DNA of 61,713 nt, counting the filler, from Choristocarpus tenellus KU-1152 (taxonomy: Eukaryota; Protista; Phaeophyceae): NCBI GenBank assembly GCA_964200185.2. It is 10 parts of 10 records of this genome, joined end to end, with 100 filler letters (N's around TTAATTAATTAA, not from the genome) between each part and the next. Parts side by side here need not be neighbours in the genome. Positions count along the whole stretch, not along the records: positions 11,475 to 17,731 come from CAXNAD020008550.1; positions 17,832 to 20,724 come from CAXNAD020023852.1; positions 20,825 to 29,893 come from CAXNAD020004023.1; 7 more parts are not named here. The stretch is one strand, 5' to 3'. Below are positions 12,792-25,800 of this stretch, piece after piece (position 1 is the stretch's first letter; every line of letters begins with the position of its first letter). A program made the position numbers and the translations under genes. The notes under the pieces were generated by a model. That model was not told where the DNA came from, searched no databases, and saw nothing but the letters and a program-made list of their open reading frames with translations.

Positions 12792-14714
12792 TATTACGGC
12801 TTCTGTAAACTCGATAAGAATATATTTGATGGATGAAGACAGCCCTTCTTTTGACTCTTATATATATCATACACTCACATTCAATGAGAGTATACATTCA
12901 TTTGCTGACCTGATGTTCACTATCCTTGCTGGGATCTTAGGCTGTTGATGTGCCCAAGGAGTCCTGTACAGGCATCAAGGCCATCTGTAGGCTTGTGGAC
13001 TGGAGCTATACATCTCGTGGAGGTAAGCTTTGGAGTGTGCTGCAGCACAAGGACAGGTGGAGACCCAAGACTTCGATAGCGTTTGTTTGGTCCAACTAGA
13101 CCTAGTGTGGGTTGGAGGAAGGTAGTGAGGATTGGGTACAACTTGGGTAAGAGAATGTGCCTAGAAACTAGATACGACATCTACGCGAAGGGGGAGGTCA
13201 AGCTCCCATGGCGTAGACACCTTCTTGCATGGCATGGAAGCGGATGAAGGTGGATTGTATTGATTATCGTGGGGTGTTTTTGATTAATGTAGAGTGTCTT
13301 GGATTTAGGTGGAGCATTCTGGGAAGTTTGTGGCTGCATTGTTTTGGAAAGAGGATATTGGATTGGTTGCGTAGTTTTGGAGAGTGGACAGGTGGATTTG
13401 CAAGATTTTTTAGGGCCTCGAGGAAAAATAAGCTGATGGTGTGATGATGTTGTGGTAAGTGGTTGAGGGTGTTGTGTTGGAGCGGTAAGGTTTAGTAGTA
13501 TGACATTGGGTGGTATGGAGAGGAGTGGGGTGGAATGGAGGTGAGGGATAGACTAGGTGAATTATTAGTCCAGAATTGGTGAGCCAAACAAGTTATTTGG
13601 TGTGAAGCAACAAAGTATCCTCGATTGGAATCGATCTCACACAACCTCCCATCCCTGGGAAGAGAAATACTCCTCGAAGTACCTTGATAATCCTAGTCAT
13701 CATATTTTGAAGTTTCACTTGTGGCAACTATGTTGACACACGTTTTCAGGTCAATTTCCTTGAACCTCATTCTCATAAAATCAGGAATCGTCATTTGCCA
13801 CCCTACGTGGTGTTATGTACTGTACTACGTAATAAAAAAGAAATTTAAGGTTTAAATCTTCTTTTCCTTCGGCTGGTTTCTTCATTTTTTTTAATATGTT
13901 TGTCGCATTTACATGGTTTTGGTCACAAATCATATTATTCTTTTTTCTTTTGTTGTGGGATTTTGTGATATTAAGGGGGGGGGAGGGAGGTTGTCGCACC
14001 CACCTTGAACTCAATACCCACTTCAATAAATTATATTGCATCATCTGCCACTGGTTGTGATAGGAGTAAGCGACTTGTAAGGTTCCGCATTATCCTACTC
14101 TTTCTCTAAGAAATTAAATAAGAGTCATTTGTCACCCCTCGTCTCGCCCCTGACCCCTCATGGTACAAGACGGCAACTGTTTGGGTTATGCGATCCTATA
14201 CTTAATACTGACGGTTAAAGCAGCTCATGTATGGCGGATAAGAGTGATAAATACAGCAATGTTGTCAAACGTTGTAGAGGAGTGACCAATCTTAAACAAG
14301 GAGGCGACTACCATTCCCAAAACCATGTTAAATTTGAATCGGTCCCTGTCTATCCGTTCATATGCAAGTTGTGGGTTTGCCCAACTAAAATCTGTTGCAT
14401 TCTGACTCTACTTGTATAATACTGGTGAACTCTGATACAATTGGAGGAGTCTACTTGAGCACCCTCCCTACCTCAAACAAATATGAGCGGTCACTAGGCT
14501 GTGTATCCTTTAAAATCCATCAGAGTCAATGTCGCTGGGAAAGAACACAAGCAAATACAAAACGGAAAAATGCTGAACTAAATGAAGAATACTAAAAAAA
14601 AAGAAGGAATTAGAGTACAATAAAAAAGACTACTATATGTAGCTAGCCCTGTAAGTTCAGCAAAAACTCACCATGCAACTATGACATTCTAAGTCAGATG
14701 AGCCTGATACAGGT

Positions 14715-14888
14715 AGTATCTGGGGGGGTGGGGGCGGCTATCCCTTTGGGGCCAATTTTTTCCATGTCGCGACTTCTGGGTGATTTGGTTGCATATGTCG
14801 GATGGATAATGTAAGTGCACCTTTCCTGGTTATGACCCAAATGGACACCCTGGTATAGACCCCCCCCGCCCCCCAGATACTTCGGGTT
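14715..14888. mobile_element. MITE family B (~175 bp), eroded ends
   Basis: AGTATCTGGGGGGG...TGATTTGGTTGCATATGTCGGATGGATAATG...CAAATGGACACCCTGG...CCCCAGATACTT matches 17949-18121 and 54747-54921. Confidence 0.82.
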
Positions 14889-15096
14889 GTTGGCATCTAA
14901 TTAGAAAACCAATTCAATCTAATGCGTACACACTGTTAAATAAAATTAATTGTAGGGGTGCGATATGATGTAGGAGTAGAGATAGATTGGTATTGTAAGA
15001 GAGTATTCGGGGAGCGTGGGTAGTATGGGAGCGTGAGTATGAGATGATAGTCCATGTCGGTGATTACACCATTGCGCTTAATAATGTATGGCATGA

Positions 15097-15381
15097 GAGT
15101 GAAAGTATCTTAGAGGTTACGAGTTTTGCCCTGTTTGTCTATTTGGGGCTTGGCTTCCCTCGGGACTTTTTATGCATTTTTCTTTTTGACATTTTTTGAC
15201 ATTTTTCTTGTCCAAAATGTTTTGGAGTAGGTAAAATGTATATGTTATGAAAAGATGTGTGTCCTGAACAAGGATATTGACACTTCCTAACAAACACGAT
15301 TGCCAAAATTACATCATAATCACAACATTGGATTTTGGCCCCCAAATGGACGCGGATCTACCCTCTAAGATACTTCGTCTC
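15097..15381. mobile_element. MITE family A, full copy
   Basis: GAGTGAAAGTATCTTAGAGG...CCCTCTAAGATACTTCGTCTC with TGA on both flanks. Confidence 0.9.
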
Positions 15382-15445
15382 TGAAGGAGATACCGTCTTC
15401 ATGGAGTGTAATATATGCTTGTGTAGGAATGCACAGTATGATATG

Positions 15446-15705
15446 GAGCAAAAGTAAACGAGAGGTACCCGGTTTTTGACTGTTTTGCATTTTAGTCACC
15501 TTTTTCATCTTTTGCTATTCACCCTTCTTTCTATGGATGAAGTACTGAGACTGGCTTGAGAGCATTGAATCTTTTCCATTTGTTGAAAATGTTCGACAGA
15601 ATCAATAAAATTCCCTGCACACCTTTGTAGAAAAAGACAATTTTTTTACGTATTTGTCAGCATGCTTAAAATCCAACCCTGTGTATCTCGTATTTACTCT
15701 GACTC
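15446..15705. mobile_element. MITE family C (~260 bp)
   Basis: Ends GAGCAAAAGTAAACGAGAGGTACCC / TATCTCGTATTTACTCTGACTC. It is the reverse-complement homolog of 41400-41661 and of the fragment at ~27985-28117. Confidence 0.75.
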
Positions 15706-16538
15706 AAGGTTGTATTTTGATATTTGTGTTGTTCCTTAGAAGGTTGCTAGTAACCAGTCCAGCTGTCTGGTGGGGTGTACTGTTTCATTTATCCAGATGG
15801 TGGCATACACCATTTCGTTGCGCCTGTAGTAGAAGGTTTGGAGGATGCTTGGAGAACATGTATTAAAACTTTTGTCCTCTCCCTGCTAAGATTGTCGATA
15901 GCAGTGGTGGGGGACTGAAACACACCCCTCAGGAAGGCCATTGCCTCAGCCCTGTCTGGTAGGTATTTCGTCAGAATGACGAGGTACAAACGACCTAAAG
16001 TCTGACAACGAGAGAGACAGCTGCGTATCCCTGCCCTTCAGTAAAGAACCCCTTATATAGTATCTAAATGGTTAAATGCTACAAGCCTACACCCTGAAGT
16101 TTGTGGATGATCCGTCAGGCAGAAGCATCAACAACAACTGTGTGGTGGTAAAGGAACCCTGACAGCCGTGACTCTTGCAGCTGGTACAAATACATGCCTA
16201 TCCGTGTAGGGCCGCAAGAACATTTCAGTACCATCACCACCACCAGTGTGTCATAGTATCTTGACAACCATATTTCCTCCATGTTGTGCATGGTGGATGT
16301 GTTGGTCGTTAGTAAGAAGATTGTTGTGGCATGTTTCAGAGCCCTCAAACCATTCGATGATTTTCAGCGCAGGTGGCATTCACTATCCCCTTTGGTTGGT
16401 CGAAGTCGGTCGTGGCAACCTGGATGGAGGACAGGATTTGATGTGGACAGGAGTGAAATGTGAAAGGAGGAGGAGGGAGTACACATAGTTGGAATTTGTA
16501 CTGAGTTTAATGAATGTGCTCTCTGATGAAACACCTGC

Positions 16539-16933
16539 AAACCCCTGAGCTACCGAGCAGATAGTTAGCTGACTACCTCCTCGGTTGACACAGGGGTTTA
16601 GTAATGTTCTAACTAACGCTACTGTCATGGGATCGAATCCCGGCATGGTTACATGGTTACACATCCGTCAAAAGGCTAAATACGCCGCCAGGATACACAT
16701 CTATCAAAAGGCTAAACACGCCACCTGTATACACAACCTAACATTAGTAAATACCCCACCGAAGCTGGTCACTGATTAGAGGGATAGCAAACTGCTCTAT
16801 CTGCTCAGGAGTTTACTAGTGTTTCAACAAAAGCTACTTCCGGGGATCGCAAGTTGTTAGACTTGATGAGGTTTCGCCCGAGGGTTGCTATCCGTCTAGC
16901 CAGCTGACTATCTGCTCGGTAGCTCAGGGGTTT
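16539..16933. mobile_element. Fold-back/MITE-like element with ~33-bp near-perfect inverted ends
   Basis: AAACCCCTGAGCTACCGAGCAGATAGTTAGCTG (16539) versus CAGCTGACTATCTGCTCGGTAGCTCAGGGGTTT (16901-16933), with a further partial arm at ~16797-16830. Confidence 0.7.
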
Positions 16934-17537
16934 ACTAATCTTTCAACACTCTCACCTTGAGACCAACACGTAAGATGAGCTGAGGGGGCATGTCTGAATA
17001 CTTCATGATAATGGTGTGTCTGAGGTGTAATGTGGTCTGAGCTCCACGCCTGTGGAGGTAAACAATCTTGCGTGGACACAGAGTTAGGTCCCCCCACGTG
17101 CACGGAGGTTGTACATATGTTCGTTGTTCACCCCACGGCAATGCCACACGGGTTTATTTCGTGCGGTTTTGCTTTCTTGGAAGCGAGCGATACATGGCAT
17201 GTCAGACTGTACCCTGTGTTGTTGGTTGTATATACCTATGTTGTCATTGATAGTGAAGCCAACTATCCTGATTAATTCTATCCATGACACCAGCATGAAG
17301 TTCATCATATACTTGCCGAACGTTAGGGTGTGAGGCTCACCTAGAGTTTCTTGCAGCTCTGTAACAGGCAATGGGTCTTTATGGCGAATTCATAAACACC
17401 ACTATGAGCTTGAAGTCCTAGATAATGTTATGTTTCTTGATGCTTTATGGATTATTTTGTCATTGTGACACCTTTCAATTAGTGTAGACACGTCTTGTTC
17501 CTTTTCATACCTCAACCAAATCATAAAGATAGGAAAC

Positions 17538-17731
17538 AGCCGATTTCAAAAATTGAGGATGGAGCTTTTCATTGAGGATGGGCTTGACCCAAAATTGACT
17601 GGGATAAAGTTTCGATATGTTTTTTTGTATTGTGTTTTTTCTTGATATCTCACTTCAACTCCTAAGAGCCGATTTCAAAAATTGAGGATGGAGCTTTTCA
17701 TTGAGGATGGGCTTCACCCAAAATTGACTGG
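17538..17731. repeat. 129-bp-period direct repeat at contig end; dispersed homolog at ~6212-6290
   Basis: AGCCGATTTCAAAAATTGAGGATGGAGCTTTTCATTGAGGATGGGCTT(G/C)ACCCAAAATTGACTGG at 17538 and 17667. Confidence 0.8.
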
Positions 17732-17948
17732 NNNNNNNNNNNNNNNNNNNNNNNNNNNNNNNNNNNNNNNNNNNNTTAATTAATTAANNNNNNNNNNNNN
17801 NNNNNNNNNNNNNNNNNNNNNNNNNNNNNNNCTGCCTACCTCTCAGTTTCTTTGACTTTCCTTACAACTACCTGCTGTCCTCTAGGGTGAAACTGCTCAA
17901 AAAACGCTTATGACTATATTAGATTTGTCTTCAAGTGTCTGGTGATCT

Positions 17949-18121
17949 GACCCAAAGAATCTGGGGGGGGGGACTACACCAGGGTGACCATTTGGGCCGT
18001 AACCAGGAACATGCTCCTGCATTATCCATTCGACGTATGCAACCAAATCACACAAAAATTGCGACTTGAAAGAATTGGCCCCCAATGGACAGCCGCCATC
18101 CCCCCTCAGATACTTTGAGCC
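17949..18121. mobile_element. MITE family B, full copy (reverse orientation)
   Basis: GACCCAAAGAATCTGGGGG...CAGATACTTTGAGCC, flanked by TCT/TCT. Confidence 0.85.
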
Positions 18122-19949
18122 TCTTCACAGATAAAAATATATACGACTTCAGCTAAGAATATGCCTATCTCGATAAAAAATAAAGTTCCTTCCAACCCAC
18201 CATAAGTGTCAATCAACCTTAACACGAACATGTATCCTCGATAGGTTTGATCTCGGCCTTCACCAGCATTATATCACGAGTTCAGCTGAGTGGTGCCCCC
18301 GAGTGCGTACTTGTAGAACTCATTATAGTCATAGTGAGGGGAGTTGGGATGGCTTGTCCTCCGGTGGGAAGCGACCTTTGTACAAGTAAGTTATTCAACC
18401 GCTGCCTGTGCACGGAACATTGGTGACCTCAGGTACTGTAGGGAGGGAAGGGGACTATCAAGCTCTCGATAAACCTCTTCTAAGCCGATTGATAGTGACT
18501 GAGCGGAAGGGATCGAAGGGCCTGGAAGAGACAATTTAATCCTATTCGTATCTGCTATGTGTACATACATACGGTATGTTTGTGGGCGCAAGTGTTCCTC
18601 CCTTGAGTGTAGATGATGTCCTGGGGATAATCATGGCGGAAAACATGTCCTTTGAGGGATAAGGTGCTGATTACGGCATTGTATATGGTGTTGTCACCTA
18701 ACAAGTCATCATGAGCGTGAAAATAGTGGCCCAAAATAATCCCGCAGTACATATCGCAGAGCAGGATGAAAATGAGATTATAATGTGGGCAACTGTTGTC
18801 ATACATCATCAGTAAACTATCTTGATAGTATTCTTGTTGGAGTGGAATACGTGTGACATATGACTGAAGATGCCAAGATTGACCATGTGTAAGCATTGAA
18901 CAAAAAAAAGAAGTAAAACTATTCTGGAAATATGACATGCAGTTTTTCCACGCACTGTCACCCTCAATATAAATGCCGCTAACAATCCTTGGTTCGAAGT
19001 ATTATCCTCATGTTCGCCTCAGTAGTACATTTATAGTACCAACCCCATGCACGTATACACCACATGCACTTCACTTCGTAATTGAAACATACCAGACCCA
19101 CATTGCACCCACTGCCGACATCAATATTAATAGGAAGTGCACCGCGATCAAGGTGTGCTGAACTGGCAACTACAGAGTACAGATTCCATTATAGAATCAA
19201 TCATAGGGGTGTTTTTTTACCTGTGATGGTCACAATGTACCACAACATCCAAAGCACCCATCTATTTAGTATATACTGCTTGCATCCCACCCTTGTTATC
19301 CGTACATTTCGGGCTGAGGAGTAATTTCCGCTTCACACACAGCTTGTCGATGGACACATAATGACACAATACATCGCATCAAATCTCACAGCGTCTCCCT
19401 TCCTCTGCAGAGTCCCTCTCTGCCCCAACAGCCATCACCACACCACAACACAACACAACACACTAAATTGAGCAAGTGCCATAGAGTACCAATACATAAC
19501 GCAGACATCCAAACTACAGCAAACAACGAGCCAAAGGACAGAAACCTGCATGCACTCATCAACTGTATCTACCCTTATAACATTTCTACTATGACAGCAC
19601 CCACCCCACCAACAAAGACACATCACACAAATATCGCAAAAGCAAGACAGGTAATCCACAAAACGGCCTGCTTCACATACATGTTTATGTATATATGCAT
19701 GTATGAGGGCCTACCCTGTCCCTAACTGACGAAGACCCACAATCTACTTAACTGCCCCCAACAAGAAAATATACCATTGCAACATAACAAATTTACGCCC
19801 TCTACGAAGAGTCTAGGGCACAGCTGCGGTAGCCTCATTCTCTTCACCCCCTGCAGTCTTCCCTCGCTTGCGAGCTCTTGACTTAGCCCCTGCCGTAACT
19901 GCCGGTGAGCGCTGTGCATCACTTCCAGAAGGTGGTTGCGACCGGTAAG

Positions 19950-20724
19950 ATTTGACTCATACCCTCATAGGGGCACCCCGGACAGAAGCTCCCAACACAC
20001 AATGCCAAAGCTCTACACATCAGCAGTCTCCGAATATTTCTGGTTAGCCAGAACCTCAGGTGCCATCCATTGAACTGTGCCACGGTTTCCCGTCATGGAG
20101 TTGATCAAAGCCTTGAGCCTAACCCAATACAACAAATGCATGGAACGGACCAATATAGTTAAACGAGATGGGCAGGAGAAAACAAGCAATGGATTGGTGC
20201 TGATATATAGACGATCGAATACTACCTTGTAACCAAAAATAAAACCTTAACCACTTTAGAGTAAAAGTGCTAAAAATTGAAAAGACAAAGCGTATACTAC
20301 TGCCACTACAACTACTATCACCATAAAACTTCCTCTTGTCTGAGATGTCTAGCATCACATCATGGATACATTACACTGACACATGGGGAAGTAACAGCTC
20401 ATCACTTAAGGCACGGCATGGGTATCATCACCCTAAACCCGACTCAGATGCTTCAAACTCAACTAAAAGAAAAATCTCACTTCAAAGGCGATCTCATAAG
20501 TGCATGATAGACACTACTCTACTGCATTAAATAGTGTAAGTAACAATAATACAAAAATATCAATAGTGTGTTCCCACTGCACCTGGCAAGACCGAAGTCA
20601 CAGATCTTGACATTGAAGCTGTCATCCAGCAGAAGGTTAGCACTCTTCAGATCTCGGTGTAGAATAGGTGGGTGGTGACTGTGAAGATAGTTCATCCCAC
20701 ACGCTACTCCCTCTGAAACACGAA
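19950..20724 (-). pseudogene. Raf/CTR1-like tyrosine-kinase-like (TKL) protein kinase, partial pseudogene
   Basis: Exon 20724-20583 gives [46 protein letters not shown]. After a GT-AG intron, the exon from 20118 gives [47 protein letters not shown], then a frameshift to CPYEGMSQI. Subdomain XI is not seen. Confidence 0.88.
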
Positions 20725-22819
20725 NNNNNNNNNNNNNNNNNNNNNNNNNNNNNNNNNNNNNNNNNNNNTTAATTAATTAANNNNNNNNNNNNNNNNNNNN
20801 NNNNNNNNNNNNNNNNNNNNNNNNCACAGGAGTGTTCCCTCCCCCACCCACCCCCTTGTTTTTTTTTTTTAACACCACCCGGAAAAAGGGGAAGTACAGT
20901 GTATTGGAGGGGGGGGGGACATGCTTGCAGTTGAGGTAGGGATCGTTTCAGATCTGGAGAGAGCTGAAGGGGATGTGGCTGTGCAAACCTTTTGACCTTG
21001 GGGGAAGGATATGCATGCCCTTGCCACGAAAGTTTCTGTGGCTCTCTGCAGTTGACAGGCACACTTACTTGGACCTGCTCCTTTTCTGACCACGCTTGAC
21101 TGATGCGGTGCCCTTTTGACTTTTGACTTTTTTTTTTTTTTATTGTGCAGGAAGTTGAGAAATACAATGGTAAAAGTGCAAGAGAGGAGGGTCGGATTTT
21201 GAAGATTTGTTGCTTGATTTCGCCTTTATGCTTTCAAAATACTCTAAAGACTTTTTGTTGATGTTGTCACTTGTAGAGGCAGGATGAAAGTGGAGGCTTG
21301 AATGGCAGATGTTCCTTTCTGTTAAGTAGGTCCGACCCTGACAATTGACATAAAAGTTCTGAACGTGGACCTCATTTGTGGGAAAGTGGAATCTCGACGA
21401 CAGTGTGTGGTACACAAAACAGAGCAAAGCAAGTTGGACAGCATGTTGTAGAGTGGGTCTTGATGTGTAGACTATACTTCTATCCCAATGTGCAGCAGGC
21501 AGTCGAGCTATGCATACTCTCCAACACAGTGACACACTCAAACTCTCCATAGTGCCTGGCAAGAGATGGTCTTGTAGAAATAGATGTGTTGGAGAGATGC
21601 ACACACCAAGGTAGAAACATCTACCTTCTACATAATCAGGAGTACATATATACGCTGTCTACACACTTGTTGGGTTGGGACAACCTGCTGGTTCAAACTT
21701 GCCTTGAAATTCCAGAGTGTTCTCACCCATTTTGCTATCGCCTAGGTCATGGGGAGGGTGTTGCGGGTGGTTGGTAGGTGCATGTGCCATCAATCAACTC
21801 AAGCTATGAGCATCACGAGCACTGGCCCCAAGGTAACTCTTTCCTTTCAGCATCATTTTGAATACTGTGTAAGAACCTTGGGGAAGTAAGATTTTGTTGT
21901 GTGGGCACTTCCTAGGCTTACTATATTAGACAGCAAGATCGTTTCCACCCTGTCTAAAGTCTGCTAACATCTTGTATTAAAAAAAAAACATGCCATCTAG
22001 GTGTGTGTGTGTGTCAATGTTTCTCTACCGTGAATTTTCTTCAAGAGTATGGTGATCGTCCCAAAAGATAGCAGTTGGGGCAACAAAGCGTTTTGCCCGT
22101 GTAAGATTCTCAAAACAGTAGTACAGGAGTAGTGCCCTATTATCAGTGGGGGATGAAAGGATAGAAAAATATTAGTCAGTAAGCTCAAGTGATGTGTTTG
22201 ATCTTATGTTTTTTGCATTGCAATGCACTTCAGATTAGGTATTTTCTGCAATTGCAGTTGCACCAGGTCTCAAATTTGAAGTCCCCTCTGTCCACCCACG
22301 CAAGTAAACATAGACTTGGTGGAGTATGTGGTTTGGTGTAACTGTTGAAGATATCAATGGGGAGTATGATGGAATGAAAGTATACCCTCAGCAGCATATT
22401 AGTACATGAACACTTTAGTTTATGCTGACCCTGACCCCCTATTATGTGGTCGGTGGCAATCTCCTATTTTTTTACAAATCGCTGAAAAATCGGATGCATT
22501 TTACTTTCTTGCCCCCAAGGCATTGATGAGGGACAGCTGTATCTGACAACGACCATTGCACACATGATGTGAGCTTCCACATTTGTGTGATTGTTAAGAA
22601 AAGCGGCACAGAGGATGAATCCCAAGACAACACTTTGTCTGGTTGTTCGCAACGAACCCCCCTCACAATCTAGCTCTTCCTTGGCCACTAGAAACAGGGC
22701 GACTGATTCCGATGGGAGCTCCTAGCATGACAAATTTTGCTGTAAACTAATGAATCTCGTACCCTGTGTAAGTACAGTATATTCTAAGGCGTTTCACTAC
22801 ATGCATAGAGTGTAAACTT

Positions 22820-25800
22820 TCACCAAACAAGCATGTCATTGACAAGGTTGATACGCTTTTCGACCTTTCGCTCTGCCTCTTCTGGCGGCAGTGCCCCCTC
22901 AAATGCCCCCCTAAGCAACCGACTCATACGATCTGCTGGCATGCCCCGGAAAAAACCCCGGAAACTATCTCGGGTCCGGAGTTCCGGCACTGACTTGGGC
23001 TGCATGCTGAGCATGTGCAACAGCTCGTCATCCTGCATCCCCACAGCTGGTCCCAGCATCATCTCCTGTACCGGCTCTTGTGGTCTTTGGACCCCTGTAG
23101 TTTCTATGCCACATTTCACTATTCCCCCTTTTGGATCACCCTCAAAAGCAGGAATTTGTTGCTGGTCCCTAGCAGGACCCAACAAGTACAAGGAAACCTC
23201 GTCCTCAACGTTTCCTGTCTCTGTCTCTGGAGACTCAACCCTCGTTGACCCTTTCGCAATGGGGATCCTACTGTTCCTTGCATGCCACTTTTTCCCATCT
23301 TCATCCCTCTGGAGGGATAGATCGCCGACTGTGGAGGATTTGATGCTGCTCCAACGGCGATTTGAACCATTAGCGCAGCTCCCATCGTTTCGAATGACCT
23401 CACTGGTCTCCAGGGTAGTCCTTTGACGCTGAAGCCTCCTTCGTGTGTAGCGTGTACTCTCGACTTTGGTTATCCCCAAGGCATCCCTAGCTCTTGACAC
23501 ACTAAGGACTGCCTCATTGTCGTCTCTCCTGCAGTTCCCAGAGATTGTAGTTGTTTGATCCGTACACATTGTTCGGACCCCACAACCCACTGTCCCCCTC
23601 TGTCCAGATAGTACTGCACCTGCCTTCACACTACTAGCAACACTATCATCTTTGGCAATGTCCTGAGAGCCTGTCCACTTCTCAATAGCTGCCAGTGACC
23701 TTTGCAAGTCGAAACCCATTCTCAACCCTGCTTGGATAGAAGAAGTATGCCTTGCTCCCCTCCCCCTATTGGAACCATTCTCAACATCCTCCGCAATGTC
23801 TGCTTTCCTTGCAACAGCAAAGCTGTTTTCCTCTTCACAATCACTGGAACTGTTGTTTGTCTCCTCAAAACACATACGACACATGTAGTTTGCTTGTTGT
23901 GAACCTTCACCTTGAGCTGGTGTGCGGCAATGTCCAACTGCTCCTTCCAAAAGAAGGCAGTCACCCTTTGTCAGTGATGGGGGCATAGAGGGATGTTGGG
24001 CAGGAGATTCGGAGGAGAATGGTGTCACAGCAGCCATTGCTCGCTGTTTCATTGCTGCCCGTGTATCCTCCCCAGAAGAATCTTCCTCACTGTCTTCTCC
24101 TCCAGATCCACTGTCAGATCCCTCACCCACCAACATTGACCTACCCGTGGCCCTTGCCCTCCTCTGTCCACGAAGGTTGAACGTACATGTTCTATGCCGT
24201 CCAGTACCAGCCCCCCTGAGAGGGTCTCCGTAGTTTTTTAATGTGGGTAACATTGTCGGCAAAGGGGGAGATATGCTTGCAACCTCCTGGACCTCCCAAG
24301 CCCGATGAGCTTCCTCATGTAGTCTACTTTCACCAATATTGTTACTGCTCCCATTACACTGCATATCTGAAGTGGTTTGCAGCCTTCTGGGCTGTTCCTG
24401 AACACAGTCAGAAAGCCAACATGTAGCTCTGCAGTCTCCCATCCTATCACCTGTGTCTGAATCATGGCCACAGCACTTCAAGCTGTGACCCCTGAGAGTT
24501 GGTCTCCGCCTCATTGACTCCCTTGCTAACGCACACAATCCCATAGTCGAAGGGAGTTCAGCAGAGCTTGGTCGAAGCACTTCCTGTGATGTCCGACATC
24601 CCTTCCAACATTGACCAATTGCTGGTGATGAACCAGGTCTCTCAGGTCCTGAGTTCTTCCTGTTGCCTTCATGCCAGGCTGTCCTGGAAATCTCTTCACC
24701 CACAGCTTCTATTCTTCCACACTTATATGAACAAGTCAACCCTCTTCCATTCAGACTATTGATATCTGGAGACACACATGTGTTCTTGCACTCATTCTCC
24801 AAGTGACCACTTGAGTCTAATAAAAGGGATGAAGATTGAACGTTAGATGTCCCACAGGACAAGTGATTGTGTGGCAAGGAGTCGGAGCTGGTTTCCAGTC
24901 GCCATGCTGCAACCCTGTCGCTCAGCTCATTGTGCCTGACATAGGATGTATGTTGAGGATTGGGAGGAGGGTAAGTGGTCATCATTTCAACACGCAAATA
25001 TCATAGTTTGACCAACTTTGTCTTGACATTAGAGTGAAAGCATCTTAGAGGGTAGGAATTTTGCCCTGTTTGTTCATTTGGGGCTTGGATTCCCACGGGT
25101 TTTTTTTATGACATTAGGTAGTTTAAATATTTGTGTTAAGAAAAGTGTGTCTGGAACAAGGATGTTGACACTTCCTAACAAACATGATAGCCAAAACTTC
25201 ATCAAACTTTCAACATTGGATTTTGGCCGCCAAAAGGACGTGGCTCTACCCTCTAATATAATTTGACTCATTTTTGTTACGAATTCAGTACCTTAACAGT
25301 TGCTATTAACTACTAGAGCCCTCTTTAGAGTATAATATCAGCCCTACACACGTTTCTTAGTTTAGGTTCACTATTTATACTTACTTGCACCCCATGTCCG
25401 CATCAATCCTTCTTGCCATATCCAGAGTCTCCAGAACACCGTTTGGGCTCCGGTCTCGCACTCTCTTGCGTCCCCCCTGTAGCTTGTGTCGCCTAATTGC
25501 TGTGCTATTCACGTGGTGAAGGAGCGGTAGAATGTAGTGAATATGTGCATCTCAAGCACATGATGATTTCTTAGCCTTGACTATAGAGTGGTCTGTGCTT
25601 ACAGAACATATCCCTTCTGTGTTCAAAGAAGAAATAGGGCACAGAACAAGATCCCTTGCACAACATACCTTGGGTTGCCAGAAAAAGTCTGTGCCCCACC
25701 CTGTGTGAGCTCACTGTCCCAAAAAAATGTTGCAGGATTTAGCAATTCCTTCCTAGAACCAGTCCCAGCTTCATTCCTATCTACTTCATTCTTGTGAGCA

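Noticed and set aside
18555-18938. Possible RT fragment (FTDD and GPLF-like words)
   Set aside because: The motifs are in the wrong order and too weak to support a call.
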